Assembly: GCA_001189165.1 (NCBI GenBank)
Contig: LFCO01000003.1
Span: forward strand, 50,769 to 114,768
Source of the DNA: Parcubacteria bacterium C7867-005
GTDB taxonomy: Bacteria; Patescibacteriota; Minisyncoccia; Phycocordibacterales; Zambryskibacteraceae
Direction of reading: 5' to 3'
DNA length: 64,000 bases
Shown: positions 23,341 to 31,723 of the stretch, piece after piece
Numbering within the stretch: position 1 is the first letter of the stretch
Layout: the number at the start of each line of letters is the position of its first letter
Program-made: the position numbers and the translations under genes
Notes under the pieces: generated by a model
The model's input: the letters and a program-made list of their open reading frames with translations, nothing else
Told to the model about the DNA's origin: nothing
The model's database searches: none

Positions 23341-24123
23341 CTAGGCAAGGTCTATTTTAAACATCCTTTTTGCGTTTTTGAGGAGAGCGCTTTCGATTAT
23401 TTCGAGGCTCTCACCACGGATTTCAGCGATCTTTTTCGCCACCTCGCTCACATAACTTGGCTCATTCCTCTTACCTCTGTATGGTACTGGAGCGACGTAT
23501 GGCGCATCTGTCTCAGACATGATCATGCCAAGTGGTGCATTCCTTATCACCTCATCATAGTCTCTGGCAAAAGTGATGACTCCTGTAAAAGATGTAGTAA
23601 AACCGATAGCCCAATATCTCTTGGCTTCTTCGAGTGTCCCCGTGAAGAAATGCGAATTGCCGCGGAGTTTAGGCCCGTGTTTTTGAACCAATGGTTCGAG
23701 TATTTCTAATACTTCGACGTAAGCCGAACGAGAATGGATCATGATCGGCTTGTCGTGTCCGAGGGCAAAATCAATTTGCTCCAAAAACAGCCTCTTCTGT
23801 CTTTCAAAATCTTCATCTTTATTTATTCGAAACAAATCTATCCCACACTCCCCTACAGCTACCACTTTTGGATGTTTTACTAATTCTTCAAACTTTTCTT
23901 TTTCAAAAACAATATTTGGATCATCTACAGGATGCACTCCGATACAAGCATAAATATTCTCATGTTGTCCGGCAAGCTCTACTGCCCATTTGGAAGTCTC
24001 ATAATCTGTCCCTATGACTATGGTCTGTGTATCTGAAAGAGCGAGGCGCTCCATCACAGCCTCACGATCTGCATCATATTCATGGGAGTTTAGATGCGAA
24101 TGTATGTCTATATACTTAGGCAT
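23341..24123 (-). CDS. TatD-family metal-dependent DNase/hydrolase
   Basis: 260 aa; N-terminal IDIHSHL, conserved His/Glu/Asp metal ligands of the TatD fold. Confidence 0.85.
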   Translation of the reverse strand: MPKYIDIHSHLNSHEYDADREAVMERLALSDTQTIVIGTDYETSKWAVELAGQHENIYACIGVHPVDDPNIVFEKEKFEELVKHPKVVAVGECGIDLFRINKDEDFERQKRLFLEQIDFALGHDKPIMIHSRSAYVEVLEILEPLVQKHGPKLRGNSHFFTGTLEEAKRYWAIGFTTSFTGVITFARDYDEVIRNAPLGMIMSETDAPYVAPVPYRGKRNEPSYVSEVAKKIAEIRGESLEIIESALLKNAKRMFKIDLA

Positions 24124-25564
24124 CTTTGCGGAGGAACAGTGGCTGTTCTGGTTTTTTGTTTGATTTGACTAAGTTTTTTATTTGCTCTGATGTCTGAGGC
24201 ATGAATGGATTGAGCATTCTTGCAACCGTATACAAATCTACAGATAATTCGCGAATAATTTTCTTTGCTTCTTCTTCGTCTGTTTTTATTAATTTGAACG
24301 GTTCCGTTTCTTGTATTCTACTATCCATCAAACCTATTTTGTCCCAAATTAAATTTATCGCCTTACCCAACTCAAATTTTTCTAAAGAATCAACAAATTC
24401 TTGTGGGATTGATTTATCTGGCACAGATACTGGTTCAGTCAAATTTTTCTCTGCCATGGTCATAATACGTGAAGTGAGATTGCCTATACCGTTCGCTAAA
24501 TTTGCATTGTATGTCTCATGGAACCTCTCCCAAGTAAAATCTGAATCCTCAAAGGTGGATAATTCTCTGCAAACAAAATACCTCAACGCCTCCGCACCAT
24601 ACTTTTCTACCACTTCGAAAGGATCCACTGTATTACCCAAAGACTTGGACATCTTCTGTCCCCCCGCACCATTTATAAACCCATCTATGACAATAGTGTG
24701 GGAGGTTGGAAGATTCACAGAGAGAAGCATCGCTTGCCACATGGCCGACTGCTGACGGAGATTATCCTTGCCCGCGTATTGAACAGGGGTGCCGTTTTTC
24801 CAAAATTTATCAAAATTAGCCTCATCCTCGGGCCAGCCCAAGGTAGAGATATAGTTCACCAAGGCATCAAACCACACATACATAACATGGTTATCATCTC
24901 CGGGCACAGGCACTCCCCAACTCATCTTCTCTTTCAGTCTAGAGATGGAGAAATCCTCTAGTCCCCTCTCTACGAATGCTTTGATCTCATTAAATCTAAA
25001 ATCTGGTACAACAAAATTTGGATTCTTCTTATACAAATCAAGGAGTGGTTTCTGATATTTAGAGAATCTAAAGAAATAATTCTCTTCTTCTCTGACTTCT
25101 AGTTCTAAGCTCGGATGGAGTGGACAATACCCGTCAACGAGCTCTGAGTCTGTTTTCTCCAGCTCGCAACCCACACAATATTTAACGGTGTAGTTCTTCT
25201 TATAAATATCTCCAGCCTGATCGCACTTCTTCCAGAATTCCTGCGCGGCTTTTACATGATGTGCATCGGTAGTACGGATAAAGTGAACATCAGGAGAGAT
25301 GAGAAGTGACGGATTTAATACTTTGAACCTTTCTGCATATCCATCTACATAATCCTGAACATCTTTACCTGCATCAATAGATTTCTGCCAAATCTTCTGG
25401 CCGTGCTCATCTGTGCCTGTATTAAAAAACACATCAAACCCTTCGAGCTTCTTCCACCTTGCTATAACGTCCGCACGGATAATCTCCATCGCAAAACCGA
25501 TGTGCGGATCTGCATTAACATACGGTAAGGTGGTAGTGATGTAGAAACTCTTTTTTTCGTTCAT
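24116..25564 (-). CDS. metG: Methionyl-tRNA synthetase (core enzyme, no C-terminal tRNA-binding extension)
   Basis: 482 aa; class I HIGH-like (PHIGF), KMSKS (KMSKSLGNTVDP), Zn-knuckle CVGC...C in connective peptide. Confidence 0.8.
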   Translation of the reverse strand: MNEKKSFYITTTLPYVNADPHIGFAMEIIRADVIARWKKLEGFDVFFNTGTDEHGQKIWQKSIDAGKDVQDYVDGYAERFKVLNPSLLISPDVHFIRTTDAHHVKAAQEFWKKCDQAGDIYKKNYTVKYCVGCELEKTDSELVDGYCPLHPSLELEVREEENYFFRFSKYQKPLLDLYKKNPNFVVPDFRFNEIKAFVERGLEDFSISRLKEKMSWGVPVPGDDNHVMYVWFDALVNYISTLGWPEDEANFDKFWKNGTPVQYAGKDNLRQQSAMWQAMLLSVNLPTSHTIVIDGFINGAGGQKMSKSLGNTVDPFEVVEKYGAEALRYFVCRELSTFEDSDFTWERFHETYNANLANGIGNLTSRIMTMAEKNLTEPVSVPDKSIPQEFVDSLEKFELGKAINLIWDKIGLMDSRIQETEPFKLIKTDEEEAKKIIRELSVDLYTVARMLNPFMPQTSEQIKNLVKSNKKPEQPLFLRKDA

Positions 25565-25565
25565 T

Positions 25566-26666
25566 TTATTTTTCTGGAACTTTCTCCATATGTCTACTCA
25601 TCTTCTCTGTCTCAAAGTCTGAAAGTAACTCCATCAATATGGTGGCCACAGGCACAGAGATAAGTAACCCCAAGAAACCGCCCAAATATCCTCCAACCAA
25701 AAGGGCGAGGATCGACACCATAGGAGGCACCCCGACCACCTTCTTTACCACCAGAGGATATATGAGGTGGTTCTCAAACTGCTGGATGATGACAAATAGG
25801 CCGGTTACCACCAACGCCTCGGTCATACCCCCACCCGAAAAACCGATGAGTACTGCGGGAATAGCGGCGACGATCGGACCGAAAAGAGGGATGATCTCCA
25901 AGATCCCCGCGAAAACAGCGAGGAGCAATGCATGCTGAACCCCTATGAGTAAGAGTCCGAGGTAAACCAAGATAGTGATGATCACTGCGAGCATCATCTG
26001 TCCCTGCATCCACAAACCTATCTTGGCCTGAGAACGCTTCCAGAGATTCACTATGTATTTCTCTTGTTTCCATGGTGTGACGATCCTCAAGAACTTGCCT
26101 ACCCCATCTTCTTGTACTGCCAGATAGAAAGAAAGAATGATAATGATAATGAAACTGAAAAATCCACCGAAAATAAACGAGACGCTGGAGAGTGCGCCCT
26201 TGGAAAATGAAGAGACGATGGAGTTGGCTTGATTCGCCAAGTCTTGAACAGAGATCGTCTTGGTCACATTGCCAAAGACGCTGGTAGAACCAAAGGCATC
26301 AGAAAACGCAGGATCCTTCACTAAAGCGCTCGAATACTCTGGGAAAGCCCGAACGAAATTCGACAATTCTCCGAGGAGGGGCAGGAGCAAAAAATAGAAC
26401 AAGAAAGCGAAGACAAGGGCGCCGGATATATATACACCAAGGATAGAGGGTATCCTGGGGATCTTCCTCTCCTTGGCCCAAGTGGCCACCGGCTCCAGTG
26501 CAGAAGCGATCACTATAGAGGTTAAGAAGATCAAGATCAGATTACTGATAGAAAAGAGTGCGAGTGTGCCTACTATGACCAAAACAGCCCTGATCCAAGA
26601 GCCCGTGGTTATGTCTAGTAGCTTTATTTCCCCTTCATTTTCTCCGGAGGCTTTCATTTGCCACAT
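25566..26666 (-). CDS. AI-2E family transporter (PerM/UPF0118)
   Basis: 366 aa polytopic membrane protein with AI-2E-like C-terminal motif region. Confidence 0.65.
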   Translation of the reverse strand: MWQMKASGENEGEIKLLDITTGSWIRAVLVIVGTLALFSISNLILIFLTSIVIASALEPVATWAKERKIPRIPSILGVYISGALVFAFLFYFLLLPLLGELSNFVRAFPEYSSALVKDPAFSDAFGSTSVFGNVTKTISVQDLANQANSIVSSFSKGALSSVSFIFGGFFSFIIIIILSFYLAVQEDGVGKFLRIVTPWKQEKYIVNLWKRSQAKIGLWMQGQMMLAVIITILVYLGLLLIGVQHALLLAVFAGILEIIPLFGPIVAAIPAVLIGFSGGGMTEALVVTGLFVIIQQFENHLIYPLVVKKVVGVPPMVSILALLVGGYLGGFLGLLISVPVATILMELLSDFETEKMSRHMEKVPEK

Positions 26667-26679
26667 AATACCACGCGGA

Positions 26680-27969
26680 CTATTTTTTAACAGAAAGGAG
26701 TTTTAGAGTATCTACGAGCTCTTTTTGATCTTTTATGTTGCCTATGACCGCGAGGTTCAGACCTTCGTTTTTGAAAATATCTCTGGCTACTTTCTGAATA
26801 TCTTTGGCAGTGACCCCCTCTATCTCTTTCTTGATTTCATCTGGAGTTTTTATTTTTCTTTTGATTATCTCTTGGATACCGTTAAATTCTGCAAGAGAGT
26901 CGCTGGTCTCAAGACCCAAATACAAATGCCCGGTCATAAAATCCTTTGTTTTCTTTAGCTCTGCATCACTGACCAGTTCAACGGTTAGCTTCTGACATTC
27001 TTCAAGCAAGACCTTCACTACTTCCACTATGCGTTTGTTGTCTACACCTGTGCTGATGGAGAAAAATCCGTGGTCAGTATATGTGTCCGCAGAACTACGA
27101 ACATAATAACAAACGCCCATCTCTTCCCTCAATTTATTGAAGAGTCTAGAAGACATGCCTGCACCGAGTACTCCAGAGAGAACAGAAAGCGCCCTAGTCC
27201 TTTTATCAAAAGCATCATAGGCTCTGAAACCCAAAACCATATGGGTTTGATCTGTCTCTTTTTGTTTTACTAAAATTTTAGGCTCCTTTTGTGATTCTAC
27301 GACTTTTTTCTTTGGAGATTTCTTTCCTTTGGATATTTCTTTGAAATACTTCTCCGCGGATTTGAAAACTTGTTCTGGAGAACACTTCCCGGCGACCACG
27401 AGAGTGGTCGCACTCGCTACATAGTGTTTGGATCTATACTCGACAAAATCTCCACGCTTCATCTTGCTGATATTTTCTTTTGGACCTGCGATGCCCCACC
27501 CAGCAGGTTGATCTCCGTATAAAAGCTCCATGAACAACCAACCAACCAATGTTTGAGGTAGATCTTCGTACATGTTGATCTCTTGTATGATCACCCCCTT
27601 CTCTTTCTCCATCTCTGCTTCTGGAAATGTTGGGTTCAGATACATGTCAGAGATGATGTCGACGATCTGGTTCAAATGCTTGGATTCTGCCTTGGCATAA
27701 TAGCCGGTGAATTCTTCTGTTGTGAAAGCATTTGATTGGGCACCAAGACCGTCGAGCTCCTGGTTCACGTGCATAGAGGTTGGCCGTTTTTTGGTCCCTT
27801 TAAAGCACATATGTTCTAGGAAATGTGAAATGCCATTTTTGTCCTTGGTCTCATACTTTGAACCCGCCTCAACCAGGGTCAGTACAGTAACCGTATTTGT
27901 ATCCTTCATGGGCACTACGACCACCCGCATACCATTCCTCAGTACCTTTTTCTTGTATTGCATAGGCAC
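26680..27969 (-). CDS. M16-family zinc peptidase (insulinase/pitrilysin-like)
   Basis: 429 aa; inverted zinc-binding motif HFLEH...E near the N-terminus, two M16 half-domains. Confidence 0.8.
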   Translation of the reverse strand: MPMQYKKKVLRNGMRVVVVPMKDTNTVTVLTLVEAGSKYETKDKNGISHFLEHMCFKGTKKRPTSMHVNQELDGLGAQSNAFTTEEFTGYYAKAESKHLNQIVDIISDMYLNPTFPEAEMEKEKGVIIQEINMYEDLPQTLVGWLFMELLYGDQPAGWGIAGPKENISKMKRGDFVEYRSKHYVASATTLVVAGKCSPEQVFKSAEKYFKEISKGKKSPKKKVVESQKEPKILVKQKETDQTHMVLGFRAYDAFDKRTRALSVLSGVLGAGMSSRLFNKLREEMGVCYYVRSSADTYTDHGFFSISTGVDNKRIVEVVKVLLEECQKLTVELVSDAELKKTKDFMTGHLYLGLETSDSLAEFNGIQEIIKRKIKTPDEIKKEIEGVTAKDIQKVARDIFKNEGLNLAVIGNIKDQKELVDTLKLLSVKK

Positions 27970-27979
27970 ACAGAATATC

Positions 27980-28966
27980 TTATTTGAGTACTTCCTTCAA
28001 ATCTAAAAACTGCTCTCTTATTTTATAAGTATCCCCATGTTTAAGTAGCCCCAGATACGAAGCTCTAGTTTCTTTAGATTGATTCGTTTTCAGATTCTTC
28101 AACACCCTCCTCTTAGTAGCCGTCCTTAGTATCCTGTGGGTCGGAAAGTGAATCCAACCGAGGAAATCTACTCCGGAAACAAGGGTTTTGATAGAGACCT
28201 TACTAGGGTGCAGTTCTAGCTTTAGTTTCTCCGATAGGAACACCTTCATAGACCCGAGAGTATTTGTTAACCCTGATTTATCTGGAGACAGAAGAACGAA
28301 ATCATCTGCATAGCGGATGTAGTACTTGATTTTCAGTTTATGCTTCACAAAGTGATCAAACTCGTTCATGTAGATATTGACCAAAAGTTGAGAGGTGAGG
28401 TTTCCCAGAGGTAGTCCCTTGCCTTCAGTGCTAGAGTTAAAGCTTTCTATCACTCTCTCCAGAAGATTGAGAGTGTCTTTGTCTTCTATGTATTTGGTAA
28501 GGATATTAAGCAAGATTTGGTGATCTATGGAGGCAAAGAATTTGCGCATATCGCACTTCAGTGTCCAAGAAGTTTTGGTGTTATTCTTTGAGATCTTGTA
28601 ACCAAAACTTCTGAACCTGTTCAGGGCCTTGTGTGTACCCTTATTCAAACGGCAGGAATATGAGTCATGGATGAACTTCTTGTCGAAGTATGGGTATAAG
28701 ACTCTGTATATAGCATGGTGGAGTAATCTGTCTCGAACTGATGCTTTGTGAATATTCCGAGGCTTGGGATCTGAGATGTTGAAGGCTTGATAATCTGAGT
28801 GACTGTATGTCTTGTTCAATAAGTCTTGATGGAGGTCAAATATATTTTCTGAAAGATTTAGGCTAAAGATGGCAACATCTTTTCTTTGTCTTTTACCACA
28901 AATGAATTCCTCCCATGCTTTGTATAAATTTTCTATTGATATGATACTCTGATAATTCATGAACAC
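27980..28966 (-). CDS. Diversity-generating retroelement (DGR) reverse transcriptase
   Basis: 328 aa; RT motifs incl. YADD (IRYADDFVLL) and the DGR-diagnostic [I/L]GxxxSQ box (GLPLGNLTSQLLVNIYMNEFDHF) replacing QGxxxSP; same size as phage BPP-1 bRT; adjacent to Avd and TR/VR. Confidence 0.85.
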   Translation of the reverse strand: MFMNYQSIISIENLYKAWEEFICGKRQRKDVAIFSLNLSENIFDLHQDLLNKTYSHSDYQAFNISDPKPRNIHKASVRDRLLHHAIYRVLYPYFDKKFIHDSYSCRLNKGTHKALNRFRSFGYKISKNNTKTSWTLKCDMRKFFASIDHQILLNILTKYIEDKDTLNLLERVIESFNSSTEGKGLPLGNLTSQLLVNIYMNEFDHFVKHKLKIKYYIRYADDFVLLSPDKSGLTNTLGSMKVFLSEKLKLELHPSKVSIKTLVSGVDFLGWIHFPTHRILRTATKRRVLKNLKTNQSKETRASYLGLLKHGDTYKIREQFLDLKEVLK

Positions 28967-29001
28967 TAATCATACTCAATACCCCCCCCCGAGAAGCACC
29001 C

Positions 29002-29346
29002 ATGGTGCTCCTCAAATCGAAAGATGCATACAGACTTTGGCTTAAGATTGAAAGAGACCTGCCCAAGGTTGAAAGATTGGGTATCGGAAACAAAATTGAT
29101 TCTACTTTCCTAGAGTTCTTGGAAATTCTATTTGTATCTAGCTATACAGCCCTAGACAAAAAACTTTTGCTGCTTGGACAAGCGATGTCAAAACACGATT
29201 CTCTCAAATTTTTCTGCCAGATTGCTTGGGAAAACAAATTGATTCATACATCAAAGTATTCTGAGCTTTCAGCCCATCTTGAAGAGATTGGAAGAATGCT
29301 TGGTGGCTGGCGAAAGGGGCTACAAACAAAACTCCCAGCCAATTAG
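29002..29346 (+). CDS. avd: DGR accessory variability determinant (Avd), four-helix-bundle family
   Basis: 114 aa, basic; C-terminus EEIGRMLGGWRKGLQTK resembles Bordetella phage bAvd AEVGRILGSWIARVNRK; immediately abuts TR. On the opposite strand to RT, TR and target. Confidence 0.7.
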   Translation: MVLLKSKDAYRLWLKIERDLPKVERLGIGNKIDSTFLEFLEILFVSSYTALDKKLLLLGQAMSKHDSLKFFCQIAWENKLIHTSKYSELSAHLEEIGRMLGGWRKGLQTKLPAN

Positions 29347-29368
29347 GTCGGGAGAAAAACAGCATTTT

Positions 29369-29477
29369 CGAGAGAACGCACGATTGCCAGCGTTCCACCT
29401 GTTGTCGTCGCGGCGCCACGTGTTCACGTTCCACTTGCCATCATCGGCATTCCAGTTCACGTTCACGACACAGGAAG
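29369..29477 (-). repeat. DGR template repeat (TR)
   Basis: 109-bp repeat; 93 of 109 bp identical to VR at 29795-29903. On the minus strand all 16 mismatches are at TR adenines (16 of 24 adenines), with no other differences. Confidence 0.85.
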
Positions 29478-29699
29478 CATTGTTCTCGTACGAGGTTACA
29501 TCCATACCACCGCCAGCCGATCACTCGATTGGTTGTATTTTATTTGGGACATATAAGTCCTCCACAACCCCGTACCAAATCTTGTTATTTTTTAAAGAAA
29601 ATTATTGCTCTCGTGTATAAGACGTATCCAATACACTCTCACATATAATTCTCCCAAACTGTGCCAAGAAAGCCGTGGCCATCTTGCTCACACAAGTTC

Positions 29700-29733
29700 T
29701 CAATCATTATACAAAAAAATGGACCCTTCAGTT
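29700..29733 (-). terminator. Rho-independent terminator after DGR target gene, immediately followed by a TATAAT -10-like box
   Basis: ggacccttcgaaactgaagggtcc hairpin plus T7 run (minus sense), then ttgtataatg. Confidence 0.55.
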
Positions 29734-29790
29734 TCGAAGGGTCCAAGGTTCCTAGGTTCCAAGAATCAGAGAGACTCAAGGAACCAAGAT

Positions 29791-30390
29791 TCAGCGAGAG
29801 AACGCACGATCGCCAGCGCTCCACCCGATGACGTCGCGGCGCCACGTGCCCACGTTCCACCGGCCAACATCGGCAAGCCAGCGCACGACCACGACACAGG
29901 AAGAGGTGTAGAAGAGGTTGGCGAACCCGTTGTTCAAGAGTTCGCCCTCCTTGCCTCCCTCCTGCTCCGTGATGAGCTTCTGGATCACGGCACAGACTTC
30001 AACTTCGGTGAAGATGTGCCCGTTGCCGAGCATCTCTTCGATCTCCTTGTCCGTCATGTCGCGTGGGAGTGCAACGCTCTTCGACACGATCGGCTTCGCC
30101 TGCTCGCCTTTACCAACCTTGGCAAGAACGAGATCACGGAAACCGTCGTAGATGAAGAGGTCGGAACGGGTCTGGAAGAACTCGTGGTAATAGGGAGCGG
30201 GCATCTCCGTCACAGTGAATTTCACCGTGTCGTCGAGGATCCCGCGAGCGACCTGCCCACCACCGATCTTCTTGACGAGAGCGTTAAGCTCCCCTTGCGT
30301 CCAGTCCTTGGTCGTCCAGTTCATCGCTGTCTCCTTGGGCTTCGTTGCCCAAAAGATTTTGCCTCTCACCCGAGGCGGGGTCGTGGCCAA
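29791..30390 (-). CDS. DGR target protein (C-terminal variable region, putative C-type-lectin/FGE-like ligand-binding fold)
   Basis: 199 aa; C-terminus CVVVVRWLADVGRWNVGTWRRDVIGWSAGDRAFSR corresponds to TR-encoded CVVNVNWNADDGKWNVNTWRRDDNRWNAGNRAFSR (Asn AAY codons diversified); GC-rich (about 58%). Confidence 0.75.
   Translation of the reverse strand: MATTPPRVRGKIFWATKPKETAMNWTTKDWTQGELNALVKKIGGGQVARGILDDTVKFTVTEMPAPYYHEFFQTRSDLFIYDGFRDLVLAKVGKGEQAKPIVSKSVALPRDMTDKEIEEMLGNGHIFTEVEVCAVIQKLITEQEGGKEGELLNNGFANLFYTSSCVVVVRWLADVGRWNVGTWRRDVIGWSAGDRAFSR
29795..29903 (-). repeat. DGR variable repeat (VR) at 3' end of target gene
   Basis: See TR; lies within the last 37 codons of ORF 29791-30390 and ends 1 bp before its stop codon. 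Confidence 0.85.
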
Positions 30391-30467
30391 AAGACCACCT
30401 TACAAAGTGCTGTTACCTATATATTATACACACAAATAACCTCATTTGTCAATAGGACAAATGGGCC

Positions 30468-31697
30468 TTATTTTATAGCTTCTTTTAGGTCTTCTATTTT
30501 TACTCTTTTTTGTTCTCCAGTATCTCGATCACGAACAGTCACTGTATCCAAAAGTTCTGGATTCTCGCCGAGAGTGTCGAAGTCGATAGTGATGCAGTAC
30601 GGAGTGCCTATCTCATCTTGTCTTCTATACCTCTTACCAATGTTGCCGTTGTCGTCCCAAGCAATCCACTGGTTAAATTCTTTCTGTAACTTTGCCCTTA
30701 TCTCCTTTGCTTTCTTTACCAACTCTGGTTTGTTTTTCAGGAGCGGAAAGACCGCGGCCTTAAGCGGTGCGATTTCCTTAGGTAATTTCAGATACATCCT
30801 CGATTCTCCACCAAGATCATCTTCTCTGTACGCAGACAGCAGTATCGCGAGGATCGTCCTGTCTACCCCCAGAGATGGCTCGATCACATGAGGGACAAAT
30901 CTCTCCCCAGTTTCTTCATCAAAATACGAGAGGTCTACTGTGCTCGAAGCAGAATGAGCAGAGAGGTCAAAGTCTGTTCTGTATGCGAGGCCCCAAAGCT
31001 CCTTACGGCCAAACGGATAATCGAACTCGAAGTCAATCGTACGTTTACTATAGTGGGCACGGTCACCATCCCCCACTTCTAATTCATACACCTCTTCTAT
31101 GCCGACTGCCTTTGCAAAATCTTTCATCTTATTTCTCCATTCTTCAAAAGATTTCTCCCAATCCTTCTCCCTTATAAAATATTCTACTTCCATCTGCTCG
31201 AACTCTCTTTGTCTAAATATAAAATCTCTTGGAGATATTTCATTCCTAAATGCTTTACCGATCTGGGCAATGCCGAAAGGAAGTTTTGGATGATGGGAAT
31301 CAATAATATTCTTGAAATTCACAAATATACCCTGAGCTGTCTCTGGTCGTAAATAACTAGTTACAGCTGATTCACCGGCACCTACTGATGTCTGGAACAT
31401 CACATTAAACTTCTCACCACTTTCTAGTGGGTCTGCAAATCCAGCCACATGACCGCTCGCTTCCCATACTTTGGGGTTCATGATGATCGCCGCATCAAGG
31501 CCATACATGTCATCTCTCTCATCCCTGAACATTTGGAGCCAGACTTTTTTCAAATTCTCTTTCAACAGAACTCCCATAGGACCATAGTCAAAGCTTCCTG
31601 CAAGGCCACCATACACAAGAGACCCTGGGTATATAAACCCTCTACCCTTGGCAAGAGATATCACTTTTTCCATCAATTCTGGGTTTTTGTCTTTCAT
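30468..31697 (-). CDS. glyQS: Glycyl-tRNA synthetase (dimeric alpha2 type)
   Basis: 409 aa; class II motifs, conserved N-terminal LAKGRGFIYPGSLVYGGLAGSFDYGPMG. Confidence 0.9.
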   Translation of the reverse strand: MKDKNPELMEKVISLAKGRGFIYPGSLVYGGLAGSFDYGPMGVLLKENLKKVWLQMFRDERDDMYGLDAAIIMNPKVWEASGHVAGFADPLESGEKFNVMFQTSVGAGESAVTSYLRPETAQGIFVNFKNIIDSHHPKLPFGIAQIGKAFRNEISPRDFIFRQREFEQMEVEYFIREKDWEKSFEEWRNKMKDFAKAVGIEEVYELEVGDGDRAHYSKRTIDFEFDYPFGRKELWGLAYRTDFDLSAHSASSTVDLSYFDEETGERFVPHVIEPSLGVDRTILAILLSAYREDDLGGESRMYLKLPKEIAPLKAAVFPLLKNKPELVKKAKEIRAKLQKEFNQWIAWDDNGNIGKRYRRQDEIGTPYCITIDFDTLGENPELLDTVTVRDRDTGEQKRVKIEDLKEAIK

Positions 31698-31723
31698 TCT
31701 TGGTATTTTAGCTTACCACCACA

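Noticed and set aside
29320-29505. 61-aa minus-strand ORF covering the TR
   Set aside because: It is the TR read in the VR frame (useful for the TR/VR comparison) but not an independent gene; TR is a template, and the ORF has no start context.
29605-30891. 428-aa plus-strand ORF spanning the DGR target and beyond
   Set aside because: Antisense to the well-supported target gene and glyQS 3' end; product is low-complexity Arg/Pro/Ser-rich, typical of a GC-rich antisense frame.
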